DNA of 64,000 nucleotides from Vulcanimicrobiota bacterium. GTDB lineage: Bacteria > Vulcanimicrobiota > Vulcanimicrobiia > Vulcanimicrobiales > Vulcanimicrobiaceae. The stretch covers positions 1-64,000 of the forward strand of contig CAWAXX010000023.1 in NCBI GenBank assembly GCA_963786105.1, written 5' to 3'. Both the position numbers and the translations under genes were made by a program. This document shows positions 1 to 11,757 of the stretch, in pieces (within the stretch, counting starts at the first letter, position 1; every line of letters begins with the position of its first letter). The notes beneath the pieces were generated by a model. It was not told where the DNA came from. It made no database searches and was given only the letters and a program-made list of their open reading frames with translations.

Positions 1-564
1 ATCTTCGAGCAGCTTGGAGCCAGCGTCGTTTACGCTAACGGTCAGATCAACGCGACCGGCCGGGGACGTACCGTCTCTCTGCGGATCGGCTCGACGCAAG
101 CAACGGTCGATGGACAACCGCAAACGTTGGACGTGGCGCCGTTCGTCGTCGGTGCCCGCACGTTGGTGCCTCTGCGCTTCATCGCGCAGTCGCTTGGCGC
201 CACGGTTAACTGGAACGATTCGACCAGCACCGTCACGATCAACGGCGGAAAAGGAGGGGGGCCGGTGCCGGTGCCACCACCTGCCGGAGCCGTCTCATTG
301 ACGCTGCGCTGGCCGACGGGCACCGTCTACAACCACTATCCGCAGATCCGCTTTCAGGTGAACCGGCCCGTCCGGATCGGCAGCTTCCAGCTGCTTCTCG
401 ACGGACGCGACATCACCGGCGGGCTTCAAAGCAACGCGCAGTTCTACTACGCGCCCGTTCCGTGGTCGCTGGCGATGGGCAGCCACCGCGTCCGGGTATA
501 TGGCCGCACCGTCGGCGGCATCCCGTTCGACCTGAACTGGACCTTTTACCAGGGCAGCTACTAA
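1..564 (+). CDS. Copper amine oxidase N-terminal (stalk) domain secreted protein, 5'-truncated by window edge
   Basis: Frame open from base 1 (IFEQLGASVVYANGQINAT...LDVAPFVVGARTLVPLRFIAQSLGATVNWND), the typical 'RTLVPLRF..E.LGA.V.W' signature; Pro linker, then a beta-rich C-terminal domain. Confidence 0.8.
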   Translation: MFEQLGASVVYANGQINATGRGRTVSLRIGSTQATVDGQPQTLDVAPFVVGARTLVPLRFIAQSLGATVNWNDSTSTVTINGGKGGGPVPVPPPAGAVSLTLRWPTGTVYNHYPQIRFQVNRPVRIGSFQLLLDGRDITGGLQSNAQFYYAPVPWSLAMGSHRVRVYGRTVGGIPFDLNWTFYQGSY

Positions 565-625
565 GAGCGTCGCCCCGTCTCACCCTAGCCGGGGAACCGT
601 CGGTGAACGCTGAAACGGCTTCCCG

Positions 626-1374
626 ATGAAACGCCGTGCGCTGGTGACCGGGGCGGCCGCCGGCCTGGCGGCCGGCGTCGCGGCGGCCTTGCCGGCCGAT
701 GGCTTCGAACGCGTGGCGATTACGTATCGCACGACCTTCCCGGCGCAAACGCTGGCGGCCATCGAATCCGCCGGTGCGTTCGCCGGCGCCGCCCGCGTCG
801 ATTTTCTCCACGACGAAGCAACGGTTTCCGGCGCGCTCGAGAAACTGGTCCACGACTGCGGACCGTTCGATACGCTCGTGCACGGCGTCGGACCGATGGT
901 CGTCAAGCGCTTCGAGCGCATGACGATGGACGACTATCGCGAAATGTTCGACGGCAACGTGCGAAGCGCGGTCCTTGCGGCGCGCGCGGTGCTTCCTGCC
1001 ATGCGGTCGGCACAGTTCGGACGCATCGTTTTCTTCGGGATGAACGGGTCGAGTGAAACGCACCGTTTCGCGGCTTCACGCTGCATCAGGCGGCGAAGAG
1101 TGCCGTCGTGGCGTTCGCGCGCTGCTTGGCCGTCGAAGAAGCCGTCACACAATTACGGTGAACGTCATCGAGCCCGGCCACATTCAACATAAGACGATCG
1201 AACGCGCCGAAGCGCTGGCATCGCGAGGGGGCCCGTCCGCGCGGACGCGCGGGAAGCTACGAAGACATTGCCGACGTGGTGCGGTTTCTGATCGCGCCCG
1301 AACGCGATTACGTCACGGGCGCCGTTATCGCCGTCACCGGGGGGTTGACGCAGGCCGACGAGCGAAACGCCTGA
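626..1374 (+). CDS. SDR family oxidoreductase (frameshifted)
   Basis: ALVTGAAAGLA Rossmann start; GRIVFFG, ITVNVIEPG and YVTGAVIAVTGG segments lie in different frames; stop at about 1374. Confidence 0.75.
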
Positions 1375-1379
1375 CTTCC

Positions 1380-3960
1380 ATGAGTTATCGCGACGAATCG
1401 AACGGGCATCGGAAGTTTGCCCTCCCCGGTGCAAGCTTACATTACGGCCCGACAAAACGGTCATCGTCGAGCACATCGACTTGTATCTCGAGCCCGATCT
1501 CGTCAGCGGAAACGCTGGACGGCGTCTGCACGACGACGGTTCGCGCGCTCGACGAGCCGGTCGCGCGGCTCGAGCTGAACTGCCGTCGACCTTGCAGATC
1601 TCGCGCGTCGAACGCGAAGAAAGCCGCAACGTTTCGAGACGCGCGACGGGAAGCTCGCGATTCGAGTTTGCGATCCACCGATCGCCGCCGGCGAACGCGC
1701 CACGTTCTCCGTAACTTATCGTGCCGTCAAACCGCGTCACGGATTGTTCTTCATCGAGCCGACGCCCGAGTATCCGGACAAGGTGCGGCACGCGTGGACG
1801 CAGAGCCAGGACGAGAACGCTCGTTTCTGGTTTCCGTGTCTCGACTATCCGCACGCGAAAGCAGACGACGTCGACGACGATTCGCGTGCCGAAAGGGCAC
1901 GTTCGCGCTTGGAAACGGCGCGCTCGTCGAGCGAGTCGACGAGGGCGATACGCACGACGTTTCGTCTACCGGCAGGACGTTCCGCACAGACCTATCTGAT
2001 GACGCTCGTCGCGGGCCGTTCTGCGAGATCGAGCAGCGGCGCGCGGGAGCCGGAACGACGCCGGTTTCGTATTACGTGCTGCCTGGACGTGAAGCCGACG
2101 GCGAGCGCGCATTCGGCAACACGCCGCGAATGATCGAAGCATTCGAGGAGCGCATCAGAGCGGCGTATCCGTACGCACGCTACTCGCAGATCGCCGTTAC
2201 CGACTTCATCTTCGGCGGTATGGAGAACACGTCGGCGACGACGCAGACCGATCGCACGCTGCACGACGAACGCGCGCATCTCGATTTCTCGAGCGATCCG
2301 TTGGTTTCGCACGAACTCGCGCACCAATGGTTCGGCGATCTGCTCACCTGCCGCGATTGGTCGCACGCGTGGCTGAACGAAGGCTTCGCAACGTATTTCG
2401 AAGCGTGTGGCGCGAAGCCGATCTCGGATACGACGAATATCTCTACGACGTCTTCGGTTGCGTCGCGCGCTACTGCGACGAGGACGGCAATCGCTATCGC
2501 CGTCCGATCGTCTGCAACACGCTACCGCGATCCGATCGAACTCTTCGACCGTCATCTCTACGAAAAGGGCGGCGCGGTGCTGCACATGCTGCGCGGCGAG
2601 CTCGGCGATGGACGCTTCTGGCGCTCCATCGCGCACTACGTTGCGCAGCAACGCCGGACGCAACGTCGAAACGATCGATCTCATTCGCGCGATCGAAGAA
2701 GCGACCGGCCGCAACATGCGCGGCTTCTTCGATCAGTGGGTCTTTCCGTGGCGGACACCCGGACATCGAGGTGAGCGTCGGCTGGGACGCGAAGCGCAAA
2801 GCCGCGACGGTAACGATCGATCAGAAGCAGCCGATCGACGACGAGAATCCCGGCGTACCAATTTGACGTCGACATGGCGTTTTGTCACCGCACCGGCGTC
2901 GCCGAGCGTCGCAACCAACGTCGGTGCAGGTCCCGCTGCCGGGCGAGCGCCGCATTCGGCGTGCGCGTCGAACGCGACCACGAAACCATTACGATTCCGC
3001 TCGATGCGGAACCGAAGCTCGTGCGCTTCGATCCCGGCGCGTTTCTTCTCGGGCAGCGTGACGTATAAGTTCGGCAGCGGAGTTTGCAGCCGTTACGCTC
3101 CAGGCCGATCCGGATCTCGTCGCGCGCATTCGCGCAGCTCGCGAACTTGCCAAAGACGGTGCGCAACGCGCGCGTGACGCTCTTGACGCGGCCTTTGAGC
3201 ACGAACCGTTCTGGGGAGTGCTCGGAGAAGGCGGCAGGCGCTCGGAGAAACGCGCGCGCCGTGGGCGCGCGGTCATCCTCATCGGAGCGCTCGGCACATC
3301 GGCATCCGAAGGTCCGGCGAGCCGTCGCCGCGGCGCTCGGCAATTTTCGTGATGAGGACGTCGCAACGGCACTGCTCGTCCGGTCGCCAACGGCGACGCA
3401 TCGTACTTCGTCCGTGCTACCGCGCTCACGTCACTCGGAAAGACACGCGACGTGCGCGCGTTCGACGTTCTCGCTACTGCGGCCTCGGGAGCACACCTGG
3501 AACGGGATCGTCGCGGCAGGCGCGGCACGCGGCCTTGCGGAGCTTGCCGACGAACGCGCGGTCGATCCGATCGATGCGACGAAGCTCGGACACGACGAAG
3601 GCCTGCGCCGGGTCGCCGTACCTGCGACTTGCCGCGCAGGCGAACTCGGTCGACGCGCGAACGCGCGTCGTCGATGCGCTCGGGCAATTGCTCGACGATC
3701 CGATCGTTCCTCGTTCAACTTGCCGCGATGCAGCGGCAGAATCGCTCGGTGATGAGCGCCTTCTCGGAGCGCTGGACCGTCTCGGTCGCAAGCGGCTTTC
3801 GACGGTCGAATGCGACGCGATGCCATCGAGGCGGCACAACGCATTCGCGAAGACACAGAAGGTTCCGGCACAGGTGACTGCCTTGCGCACCGACATCGAT
3901 GCACTACGTGAAGATCAACGCAAACTCCAGGAGAAGATCGAGGCGCTGGCGGGGTCGTAG
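1380..3960 (+). CDS. M1 family aminopeptidase with C-terminal HEAT-like repeats (multiple frameshifts)
   Basis: GGMEN and HELAHQWFGDL..WLNEGFA zinc motifs, YEKGG; helical C-terminal part (HPKVRRAVAAALGNF) spread over several frames. Confidence 0.85.
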
Positions 3961-5302
3961 ACGCAGAATCGTCGCGTTCGCTCTGATCTGCACTGCCATC
4001 GTGCTCGTAGGATGGAACTGGAGTAGAACGCGGCCTTCCGGCGTCTCCGAACCGCATCCGGCGAGCGTCCGCGCGACCGTCGGAAGGGTCTCGAAACTGG
4101 CGCCTGCCAGCCCGTCGTGGCAAATGCGGGACGTCGCCCGATTGCGTGGAGCGCTGCACGGCGCATTCGCGCCGGCACTATCGGGCGCGCGGCGATGGAG
4201 TCTGGTCGTGGTCGACGCCGCCGGCCGTACGATATACGACGATCGCGCGCAGGCGGCAGTGGCACCGGCCAGCGTTCAGAAACTGATCGTGGCTGCGGCC
4301 GCCCTCGACGTTCTCGGCTCGGGATTCCGCTACCACACGGTTTTCGCATCGCAAAATGCCGTTGCCGGCGACGGATCGCTCGAGGGCAATCTCTGGCTGG
4401 CGGGATCGGGGGATCCATCGCTGCGCAGCAGCGACGTGGGCGCGGGCGTCGCCGCACTCCAACGGGGCGGTCTGCGACGCATTTCAGGAAGCGTTGGCGT
4501 CGACTCGACCGCGCTACAGGGGCCCGAACTGAATCCTCATTGGGATCGCGACGATGCGAGCGAGGACTATGCCGCGCCTACGAACGCCATGTCCATCGAC
4601 GGCGACACGATCGAGTCGCAGAAAATCGTCGGCGGTATCCAAGAGCGGTTTTGGACTCCGGTGCACGACGTACCGCGGTACGCCGCAGCCATCATCGAGC
4701 AAATGCTGCGGCAACGCGGCATATCCACTGGAGCGCGGCCGATCGTCGCTCGCTCTCCGCTCGATTCGCTGGTGCTGTGGGATCATCGCTCCGCCACGTT
4801 GCGCGCGCTCGAAACCCACATGCTCTTCTTTTCCGACAATCACTATGCCGAACAGTTACTTCGCACGCTGGGAGGTGAGGGCGGCGCCACCGCCGACGAT
4901 GCGGGCGGTTTGGCCGTCGAGCGCAACTTTCTGAGCGAGCGTGGAATACCGAATCCGGGTTTGCGTCTCGACGACGGGAGCGGTTTGTCGGGCGAAAACC
5001 GCGTCGCAGGGATCACGCTCGCGCGGATTCTATCCGACGCACAACTCCGCGGCGGCGACTCGTCGTTGTACCTGCTTCTCCCCCAAGGCGGCCGTCAAGG
5101 GACCCTGCGCGATTACGATTTCACGACCGCGCTCGGGCGCGTTCGCGCAAAGAGCGGCCACATCAGCGGCGTGTCCTCGCTCGCGGGATACGCGAATACG
5201 GCGCGCCACGGTCGGGTGGCTTTTGCGTTTTTGATCAACGGTTCGCCCGGCGATCCCGACGCCGCCATCGTTCGTGCCGTCGATCGACTGGCGACGTTTT
5301 GA
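3899..5302 (+). CDS. dacB: D-alanyl-D-alanine carboxypeptidase/endopeptidase (PBP4, S13 family)
   Basis: PASVQK (SxxK), SDN, DGSGLS and KSG motifs; N-terminal TM; exact start uncertain. Confidence 0.88.
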   Translation: MHYVKINANSRRRSRRWRGRRRRIVAFALICTAIVLVGWNWSRTRPSGVSEPHPASVRATVGRVSKLAPASPSWQMRDVARLRGALHGAFAPALSGARRWSLVVVDAAGRTIYDDRAQAAVAPASVQKLIVAAAALDVLGSGFRYHTVFASQNAVAGDGSLEGNLWLAGSGDPSLRSSDVGAGVAALQRGGLRRISGSVGVDSTALQGPELNPHWDRDDASEDYAAPTNAMSIDGDTIESQKIVGGIQERFWTPVHDVPRYAAAIIEQMLRQRGISTGARPIVARSPLDSLVLWDHRSATLRALETHMLFFSDNHYAEQLLRTLGGEGGATADDAGGLAVERNFLSERGIPNPGLRLDDGSGLSGENRVAGITLARILSDAQLRGGDSSLYLLLPQGGRQGTLRDYDFTTALGRVRAKSGHISGVSSLAGYANTARHGRVAFAFLINGSPGDPDAAIVRAVDRLATF

Positions 5303-5310
5303 GGTTGTCT

Positions 5311-6732
5311 ATGCTTGACGAAGCGCTGGAGGAATCCGTTCTAGCGCGCCTGATCGGCCGCGCGCTCCGACGCGGCGGCGAGTTCGCGGACATCTTTTGC
5401 GAGCGCCGCAACGCGCAATCGTTTCGCCTTCAGGATGGCCGCGTTCACGAGGCCTCGTGCGGCGTTACGCTCGGTGTCGGGATTCGGGTCATCGCCGGCG
5501 AGTCGGCAGGATATGCGTATTCCGACGACTTGAGCCTCGAAGCGTTGATGCAGGCGGCCGACGCGGCGTCGCTGATCGCGCGCGGAACTTCGAGCGCAAG
5601 CGCGGTGACTGCGGACCTTTGCCGGCAGGGCGTGGCGTCGTGGTACGACGGGGCCGGCGACGGTCGCGTCGATTCGGCGCGGTTCGTCGCGTTGCTCGAA
5701 CGCGCCGACGTCGCCGCCCGCGCGTTCGACCCGCGTGTGGTCGCGGTCAACGCGCACCTTGCCGAGGAGCTCCAAGAGGTTTGGATCGCCAACAGCGACG
5801 GGCGATTCGTGCACGACCGGCGGCCGATGATCACGCTCGGAGTGCAAGTCGTCGCTAGCGATGCGAAGGAGCGTGGCTCCGGTTACGTCGGCGACGGCGG
5901 TCGAACGTCGATGGCCTACTTCGAGCAATGCTCGCCCGAGGCGCTGGCATCGGATGCCGCCAGAATCGCCTTAGTGAACGTATCGGCAATCCCGGCTCCG
6001 GCGGGGGAGATGGCCATGGTAGTCGGCGCGGGCGGCGGCGGCGTCTTGTTGCACGAAGCCGTCGGACACGGGCTCGAGAGCGACTTCAACCGGCGCGGCA
6101 CATCGCTGTACAGCGGTCGCGTCGGAGAGCGGGTCGCAAGCGAACTGGTGACGATCTACGACGACGGCGATCTTCCCCAGGAGCGCGGCAGCCTCAACGT
6201 CGACGACGAAGGCGTGGCCGGACAGCATAAAGTGCTGGTCGAAAACGGCGTACTCCGCGGGTACATGCAAGACTTACTGAACGCTCGTTTGATGGGAGCG
6301 CGATCGACGGGCAGCGGTCGCCGGCAGTCGTTTCGCTTTCTGCCTCAGCCGCGCATGTGCAATACGTACATGCCCGGGGGCACCTCGTCAGTCGAGGAGA
6401 TTCTGGCATCGACGAAGCGAGGACTGTACGCGAAGTCGTTTGCGGGCGGTCAAGTGGAGATCAGCAAGGGCGACTTCGTGTTCATGGTCGGCGAAGGGTA
6501 TCTCATCGAAAACGGCAAGGTGACCGCACCAGTGAAGAATGCTACCATCGTCGGAAATGGGCCCGACGCGATGACGAAAGTAACGGCGGTGGCCAACGAC
6601 AGTCGCCTGGCTCGCCGTCATTACACGTGCGGGAAGGGTGGTCAGTACGTGCCCGTCGGAGTCGGAATGCCGACCGTCAAGATCTCGTCGATCACCGTCG
6701 GCGGAACGCGGCCGGAGAGCGGTTCCTCGTGA
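5311..6732 (+). CDS. tldD: TldD metalloprotease subunit
   Basis: LLHEAVGHGLE, PRMCNTYM, CGKGGQYVPVGVGMP. Confidence 0.92.
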   Translation: MLDEALEESVLARLIGRALRRGGEFADIFCERRNAQSFRLQDGRVHEASCGVTLGVGIRVIAGESAGYAYSDDLSLEALMQAADAASLIARGTSSASAVTADLCRQGVASWYDGAGDGRVDSARFVALLERADVAARAFDPRVVAVNAHLAEELQEVWIANSDGRFVHDRRPMITLGVQVVASDAKERGSGYVGDGGRTSMAYFEQCSPEALASDAARIALVNVSAIPAPAGEMAMVVGAGGGGVLLHEAVGHGLESDFNRRGTSLYSGRVGERVASELVTIYDDGDLPQERGSLNVDDEGVAGQHKVLVENGVLRGYMQDLLNARLMGARSTGSGRRQSFRFLPQPRMCNTYMPGGTSSVEEILASTKRGLYAKSFAGGQVEISKGDFVFMVGEGYLIENGKVTAPVKNATIVGNGPDAMTKVTAVANDSRLARRHYTCGKGGQYVPVGVGMPTVKISSITVGGTRPESGSS

Positions 6733-8055
6733 ATGAAACGCACGCCTTGGAAGCCGCCGAACGGGCGATCGCGGCAGCTACCTCCGCCGGAGCCGATGCT
6801 GCCGAAGCCACCGTTTCGATAGTTCGCCGCTTTCACGTCGAAGCGCGCGAGAGCGTCGTTTCGAAACTCGAACAGTCCACCGGCAAATCGTTGCACTTGC
6901 GCGTGTTCGTCGAGGGTCGCAAGGCGTCGTTGACGACTTCCGATTTGTCGCTCGAGGGGCTGCGCGGCGCGGTCGAACGAACGATTGCGCGCGCCGGTCA
7001 CGTCGCGTCCGACGCGTTGGCCGGTCTGCCGGACGAGTTCGCCGCCGATCTCCCCACACTCGAGTTGCACGACCGCCGTATCGAAACGCGCGGCGGCGAT
7101 GAAAAGATCGAAGAGGCGTTCGCACTCGAACGTTTCATTCGTGCGGCCGATGCGCGCATCGTCAACTCGAGCGGGTCGCACTACGCCGACGCATCGTCGG
7201 TTACCGCCATCGCAAACTCGGCCGGATTTGCAGCTTCGTACGCTTCGACACGGGCGAGCCGTTCGACCGGTCCGGTCGCCGTCGACGGTACGGTGAAGCG
7301 GACGGCGCACTACGGAACGGCCGCGCGCCACTTCGACGAGCTCGAAGGTTTGGCAGGGATCGCGCGGACCGCGGCGCGCCGCGCGGTCGAACTCTTCGGA
7401 GCGAGAAAACCCGCGACCATGCGCGTGCCGGTCATCTTCGAGCGGGACGTGGCCTCGAGCATTTTGGACGATTTCTTTGCGGCGGTTTCCGCTGCTAACG
7501 TTGCGATCGGCAACTCTTGGCTAATTGACCGGCTCGGAACGAGAGTAGGCAGTCGCCACGTCAACGTCATCGACGACGGCCGCATCGAAGGCAAACTCGG
7601 AAGTGCACCTTTCGACGGCGAAGGCGTCGCGACGCGCCGAACCCCAGTCCTCGAAGAAGGGCTCCTGCGCACGTTTTTGTACGACACCTACTATGCGCGC
7701 AAGCTCGGCGCCGCCATCACCGGAAATTCGAACGGCAGCGGGGTCGGCTCCAACAACTTCTACCTCGAACCCGGGGAGGCGACCCTTGAGGAACTCGTTG
7801 CGTCGACGCCGCGCGGCGTTCTGGTGCTCGATACGATCGGTTTTGCGACCGAACACGCGTCCGGTAACTACAGCCGCGGTGCACGCGGTTTTTTCATCGA
7901 GAACGGCGAAGTCGCTTATCCGATCGACGAATTCACCGTCGCGGGTGCGGGACATGCTGGCGGGAATCGATGCGGTTGCCAACGATCTACGATTCGACGG
8001 TGCCGTCGTATCGCCGTCGTTTCGGGTCGCGGAGATGACGATTAGCGGCAATTAA
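6729..8055 (+). CDS. pmbA: TldE/PmbA subunit (frameshift near 7950)
   Basis: GTG start overlapping tldD stop; PFDGEG, SGNYSRGARGFFIENGE, C-terminal SPSFRVAEMTISG in a second frame. Confidence 0.88.
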
Positions 8056-8085
8056 CGCCCCGACCCGGGGCGAACGGAGGCCGAG

Positions 8086-9527
8086 ATGCCAATTCCGGCG
8101 ATCAGTTTTACGCTCATCATGCGTATCGAAATGCCGAACGAGCCCGGCGCGTTCGGCGTTTTGGCCAACGCGATCGGCGATGCCGGCGGAACGATTGCTG
8201 CGGTCGACATGCACTCGGTCAGCAAGACGCGCGTCGTGCGGGACGTCACGATCAACGTCGCGTCGGACGCGGTCGCGAACGAAGTGCGGGACGCCATCGA
8301 GGGGATCGAGGGTTCACGCATCATCTTTGCATCGGATTCGACGTTTCTCGCGCACTTCGGCGGCAAGATTCGCGTCGAGCCGAAGATGCCGGTGAAAACG
8401 CGTCAGGATCTTTCGACCGTCTATACGCCCGGCGTCGCGCGCGTCTCGATGGCGATTGCGGCCGATCCGGCCAAAGCGTTTCAGCTGACGATCAAACGCA
8501 ACACGGTCGCCGTCGTCACCGACGGGACCGCGGTGCTCGGCCTCGGCGACATCGGTCCGCTCGGTGCGCTGCCTGTGATGGAAGGCAAAGCGATGCTTTT
8601 CAGGCAGTTCGCCGGCATCGACGCGTTTCCGATCTGCCTCGACACCAAAGACGTCGACGAAATCGTCGAGACGGTTCAGCGAATCGCGCCGGTCTTCGGC
8701 GGCATCAACCTCGAGGATATCAGCGCCCGCGCTGCTTCGAGGTCGAAGAACGCCTGATCGAGGCTCTCGATATTCCGGTGATGCACGACGATCAGCACGG
8801 AACGGCGGTCGTCATTCTCGCCGCGCTGATCAATGCGGCGCAGGTGGTTGGAAAGCGTCTCGAGGACTTGCCAGTCGTCGTTTCCGGAAGCGGTGCAGCC
8901 GGAACGGCGACGATCAAGATGCTGCTGGGGGCCGGGGTGCGCGACGTCATTCCGGTCGACCGCAGTGGCGCGCTCAATCGCGACGATCGCTACGACAACC
9001 CGCACTGGCGCTGGCTCGCCGAACACTCCAATCGGGAAAACCGGCGCGGTTCGCTCGCCGAAGTGCTCGCCGGAGCCGACGTGTTCATCGGCGTTTCTGC
9101 GCCCGGTATCCTGCAGCCCGAGCACATCGCTCGGATGGCGCGAGACCCGATCGTCTTCGCGATGGCCAATCCGACCCCGGAAATCATGCCCGACGTCGCA
9201 GCTCCGGTAGCGGCGGTCATCGCGACGGGCCGTTCGGACTTCCCCAATCAGGTCAACAACTTGCTCGCGTTTCCGGGAATCTTCCGCGGTGCTCTCGACG
9301 TTCGCGCGCGCCGTATCACCGAACGCATGAAGCTCGCGGCGGCATTTGCCATCGCCGGCATCGTCACCGACGACGAGCGCAATCCCGAGTACATCATTCC
9401 GAGCGTTTTCGACGTGCGGGTGGTCGACGCGGTCGCCAAAGCGGTCGCGACGGCGGCGATGGAAGAAGGCGTCGCGCGCCGGACGCTCGTCAAGAACGAG
9501 GGCGAGGACCTTGCGGCGAGCGTGTAG
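8086..9527 (+). CDS. NAD(P)-dependent malic enzyme with N-terminal ACT domain (frameshift near 8730)
   Basis: YTPGVA, VTDGTAVLGLGDIGP, GGINLEDI, HDDQHGTA, GRSDFPNQVNN. Confidence 0.92.
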
Positions 9528-9569
9528 GTTCGCGACCTTGCGCGGTGCTTCATAGGGGGTGGTCTTGCC

Positions 9570-10262
9570 GTGGCGCTAGCCCGTGTTCTCGTGATCGAGA
9601 ACGACTCGGCCGTCGCCCGACTCGAACGTAAGGCGCTCGAGGGCGCAGGGTACGACGTGCGGTGCACGCGGAGCGGCGCCGAGGGCCTGGATCTCGCAGA
9701 AACGTACGCGCCCGACGTCGTCGTCCTCGACGTGGCCTTATCCGATCTCTCGGGTTTCGACGTGTGCGGCGTGCTCGCGAAATCTATGCCCGCATTCATC
9801 CTGCTGGTCAGCGTGCGCGCGCGTCAGCAAGACGTTCTGCGAGGGCTTCAAATGGGCGCCGACGATTACATGACGCGGCCGTTTTCGGGTAGCGAACTGA
9901 TCGCCCGAGTCGCTTCGTTCTTGCGCCGGCGTAAGAAACTCGCGGCTCGTCCGGTCGACGGCAGCGTGCTGGACCTTGGATCGTCGTACCTCGATCGGGA
10001 CTTCCACACGTTATCGAACAACGGTAGCCGCACGACGTTGACGGCGCTCGAGTTTCGTCTGATGTGGTTCTTGGGCGAGGCGGAAGGCCGGCTGCTCACG
10101 CGAGCCCAGATTCTCGAGTCGGTCTGGAACGACACCTCCGGCGTCCCGACTCGCGTGGTCGACGTTCACGTCGCGGCGCTGCGAAAGAAACTCGCAAGAA
10201 TCCGTGCGCCGCTCGAGATCGCAAGCGTGCGCGGCATTGGCTACCGGCTCGACAAAAAATAG
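9570..10262 (+). CDS. OmpR-family response regulator (orphan)
   Basis: Receiver domain (VLVIEND, VVLDV, GADDY) plus winged helix (LTALEFRL, VDVHVAALRKKL, VRGIGY). Confidence 0.88.
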   Translation: MALARVLVIENDSAVARLERKALEGAGYDVRCTRSGAEGLDLAETYAPDVVVLDVALSDLSGFDVCGVLAKSMPAFILLVSVRARQQDVLRGLQMGADDYMTRPFSGSELIARVASFLRRRKKLAARPVDGSVLDLGSSYLDRDFHTLSNNGSRTTLTALEFRLMWFLGEAEGRLLTRAQILESVWNDTSGVPTRVVDVHVAALRKKLARIRAPLEIASVRGIGYRLDKK

Positions 10263-11719
10263 CGCGTTCGGAGCGTCGCTGCGGCTCGAGGCGGCCGACC
10301 CCCGTCCGCTCTACGTTCAGCTCGCCGACCAGCTCGTCGAAGCGATCGAAAACGAGCTGGTGCGTCCGGGAGATCGCTTACCGGCAATGCGAGATCTGGC
10401 GCGCTAGCTCGATTGCGCGCTCGTGACCGTTTCGCAGGCATACGAACTGCTCGCCGCGCGTGGTCGCGTGATATCGCGGGTTGGGAAAGGCACCTTCGTC
10501 GCGCCGCTGCAGGATCGGACGTTGCCGTTCGCGCGACGATGGGAACCCGACGTCGGACGCTTCGCACGCGCCGCCCGATTCGAAGGCGTGATGGAACAGC
10601 TAACGCGCGCGACGGCTCCCGGTGCGATTTCGCTCGCAACCGGACATCCGGCGCCCGAAACGTTTCCGCTTCACGATTTCGGACGTGCCTTTCATCGCAC
10701 GCTGCTCGACGATCCGCCGGAGCTCATGCAATACCGGTCGTCGACCGGCGATCGCGATCTGTGCGACACGCTGGCGGCTTTCTTGCGGCGCCGAAGCTGC
10801 CGCGCCGCCGCCGCCGACGTCATCGTTTGTTCGGGTGCCCAGCAGGCGGCCGACATCGTCGCCACCGTCCTGCTCGACGAACGCAGCGTCGTGGCGAGCG
10901 AAAGCCCAACGTATTCCGGAACGCTCGGAGTCTTCGATGCACGAGGCGTCACCTATGTCGAAGTGCGCGGCGACGAGGACGGCGTACGCGTCGACGACGT
11001 CGAGCGCGTCTTCGCCGAATACCGGCCGCGCCTGTTCTACGTCAATCCGATCGCGCAGAATCCGACCGGCGCGGTATTGCCGGCGCGCCGTGCGCAACAG
11101 ATCGTGGCACTGGCACGCCGCTACGACGTCGTCATTCTCGAAGACCAGACCGGTTGGGAGCTGACCTACGATGCGGTGGCGCCGCCGCCGTTCGCCTCGC
11201 ACGATACCGACGGTCGCGTCATCTTGATGGAGAGTCTTTCGAAATCGATTTTTCCGGCGCTGCGCATCGGATATCTCTACGCAAAGGGCGGTCTCGCCGA
11301 GGCGCTGGAGGTGGCGAAAGTCCGCGCCGACGTGTTTACGTCTACGCTGACGCAGCGCGCGTTGTGGCGTTTTATGGACGGTCCCGCCTACGCGCGGCAC
11401 TTGCGTTCGTCGCGCGCGCTCTACCGCGAGCGGCGCGACGCATTCATCGAAGCGCTCGCGCGGTGAAGCGCCGTGGGCAGAAGTGCGACCGCCGGCCGCC
11501 GGCGTCAACGTTTGGCTTCCGCTGCCCGCGCGCATTTCGACGCAAGCTGCGTTCGACGCGTGCGCGCGCGAGGGCGTGTTGGTCATGCCGGCCGAGCCGT
11601 TCTATCCGACGCGCAGCGGTCCACCGGCGTTGCGCCTGTCGTTCGGACACCTTCCGGCGGAGGAAGCTCGGGAAGGTGTCGTACGCCTCGGCCGGGCCCT
11701 CGCAAGACTCCTTTCCTGA
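10237..11719 (+). CDS. MocR/GabR-type GntR regulator with PLP aminotransferase domain (in-frame TAG at 10405-10407; break near 11465)
   Basis: PLYVQLAD..GDRLPAMRDLAR*LDCALVTVSQAY HTH; QNPTG, SLSKSIFPALRIG PLP motif; LRLSFG end. Confidence 0.85.
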
Positions 11720-11757
11720 CCCACACCCGTCATACCGAGCGGAGAAGCACGGGTGGA

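Noticed and set aside
626..3960. Apparent pseudogenes (SDR, aminopeptidase) and similar breaks in pmbA, malic enzyme, trxB, queE, both E1-alpha genes, thiO and the MBL at 51317-52102
   Set aside because: Single-base indels hit conserved housekeeping genes whose motifs are otherwise intact, and they cluster in patches. This fits low-coverage long-read error better than decay or programmed frameshifting; reads are needed to confirm.
5311..8055. TldD/PmbA as part of a RiPP cluster
   Set aside because: No precursor peptide, YcaO or other modification enzyme nearby; this is an ordinary housekeeping pair
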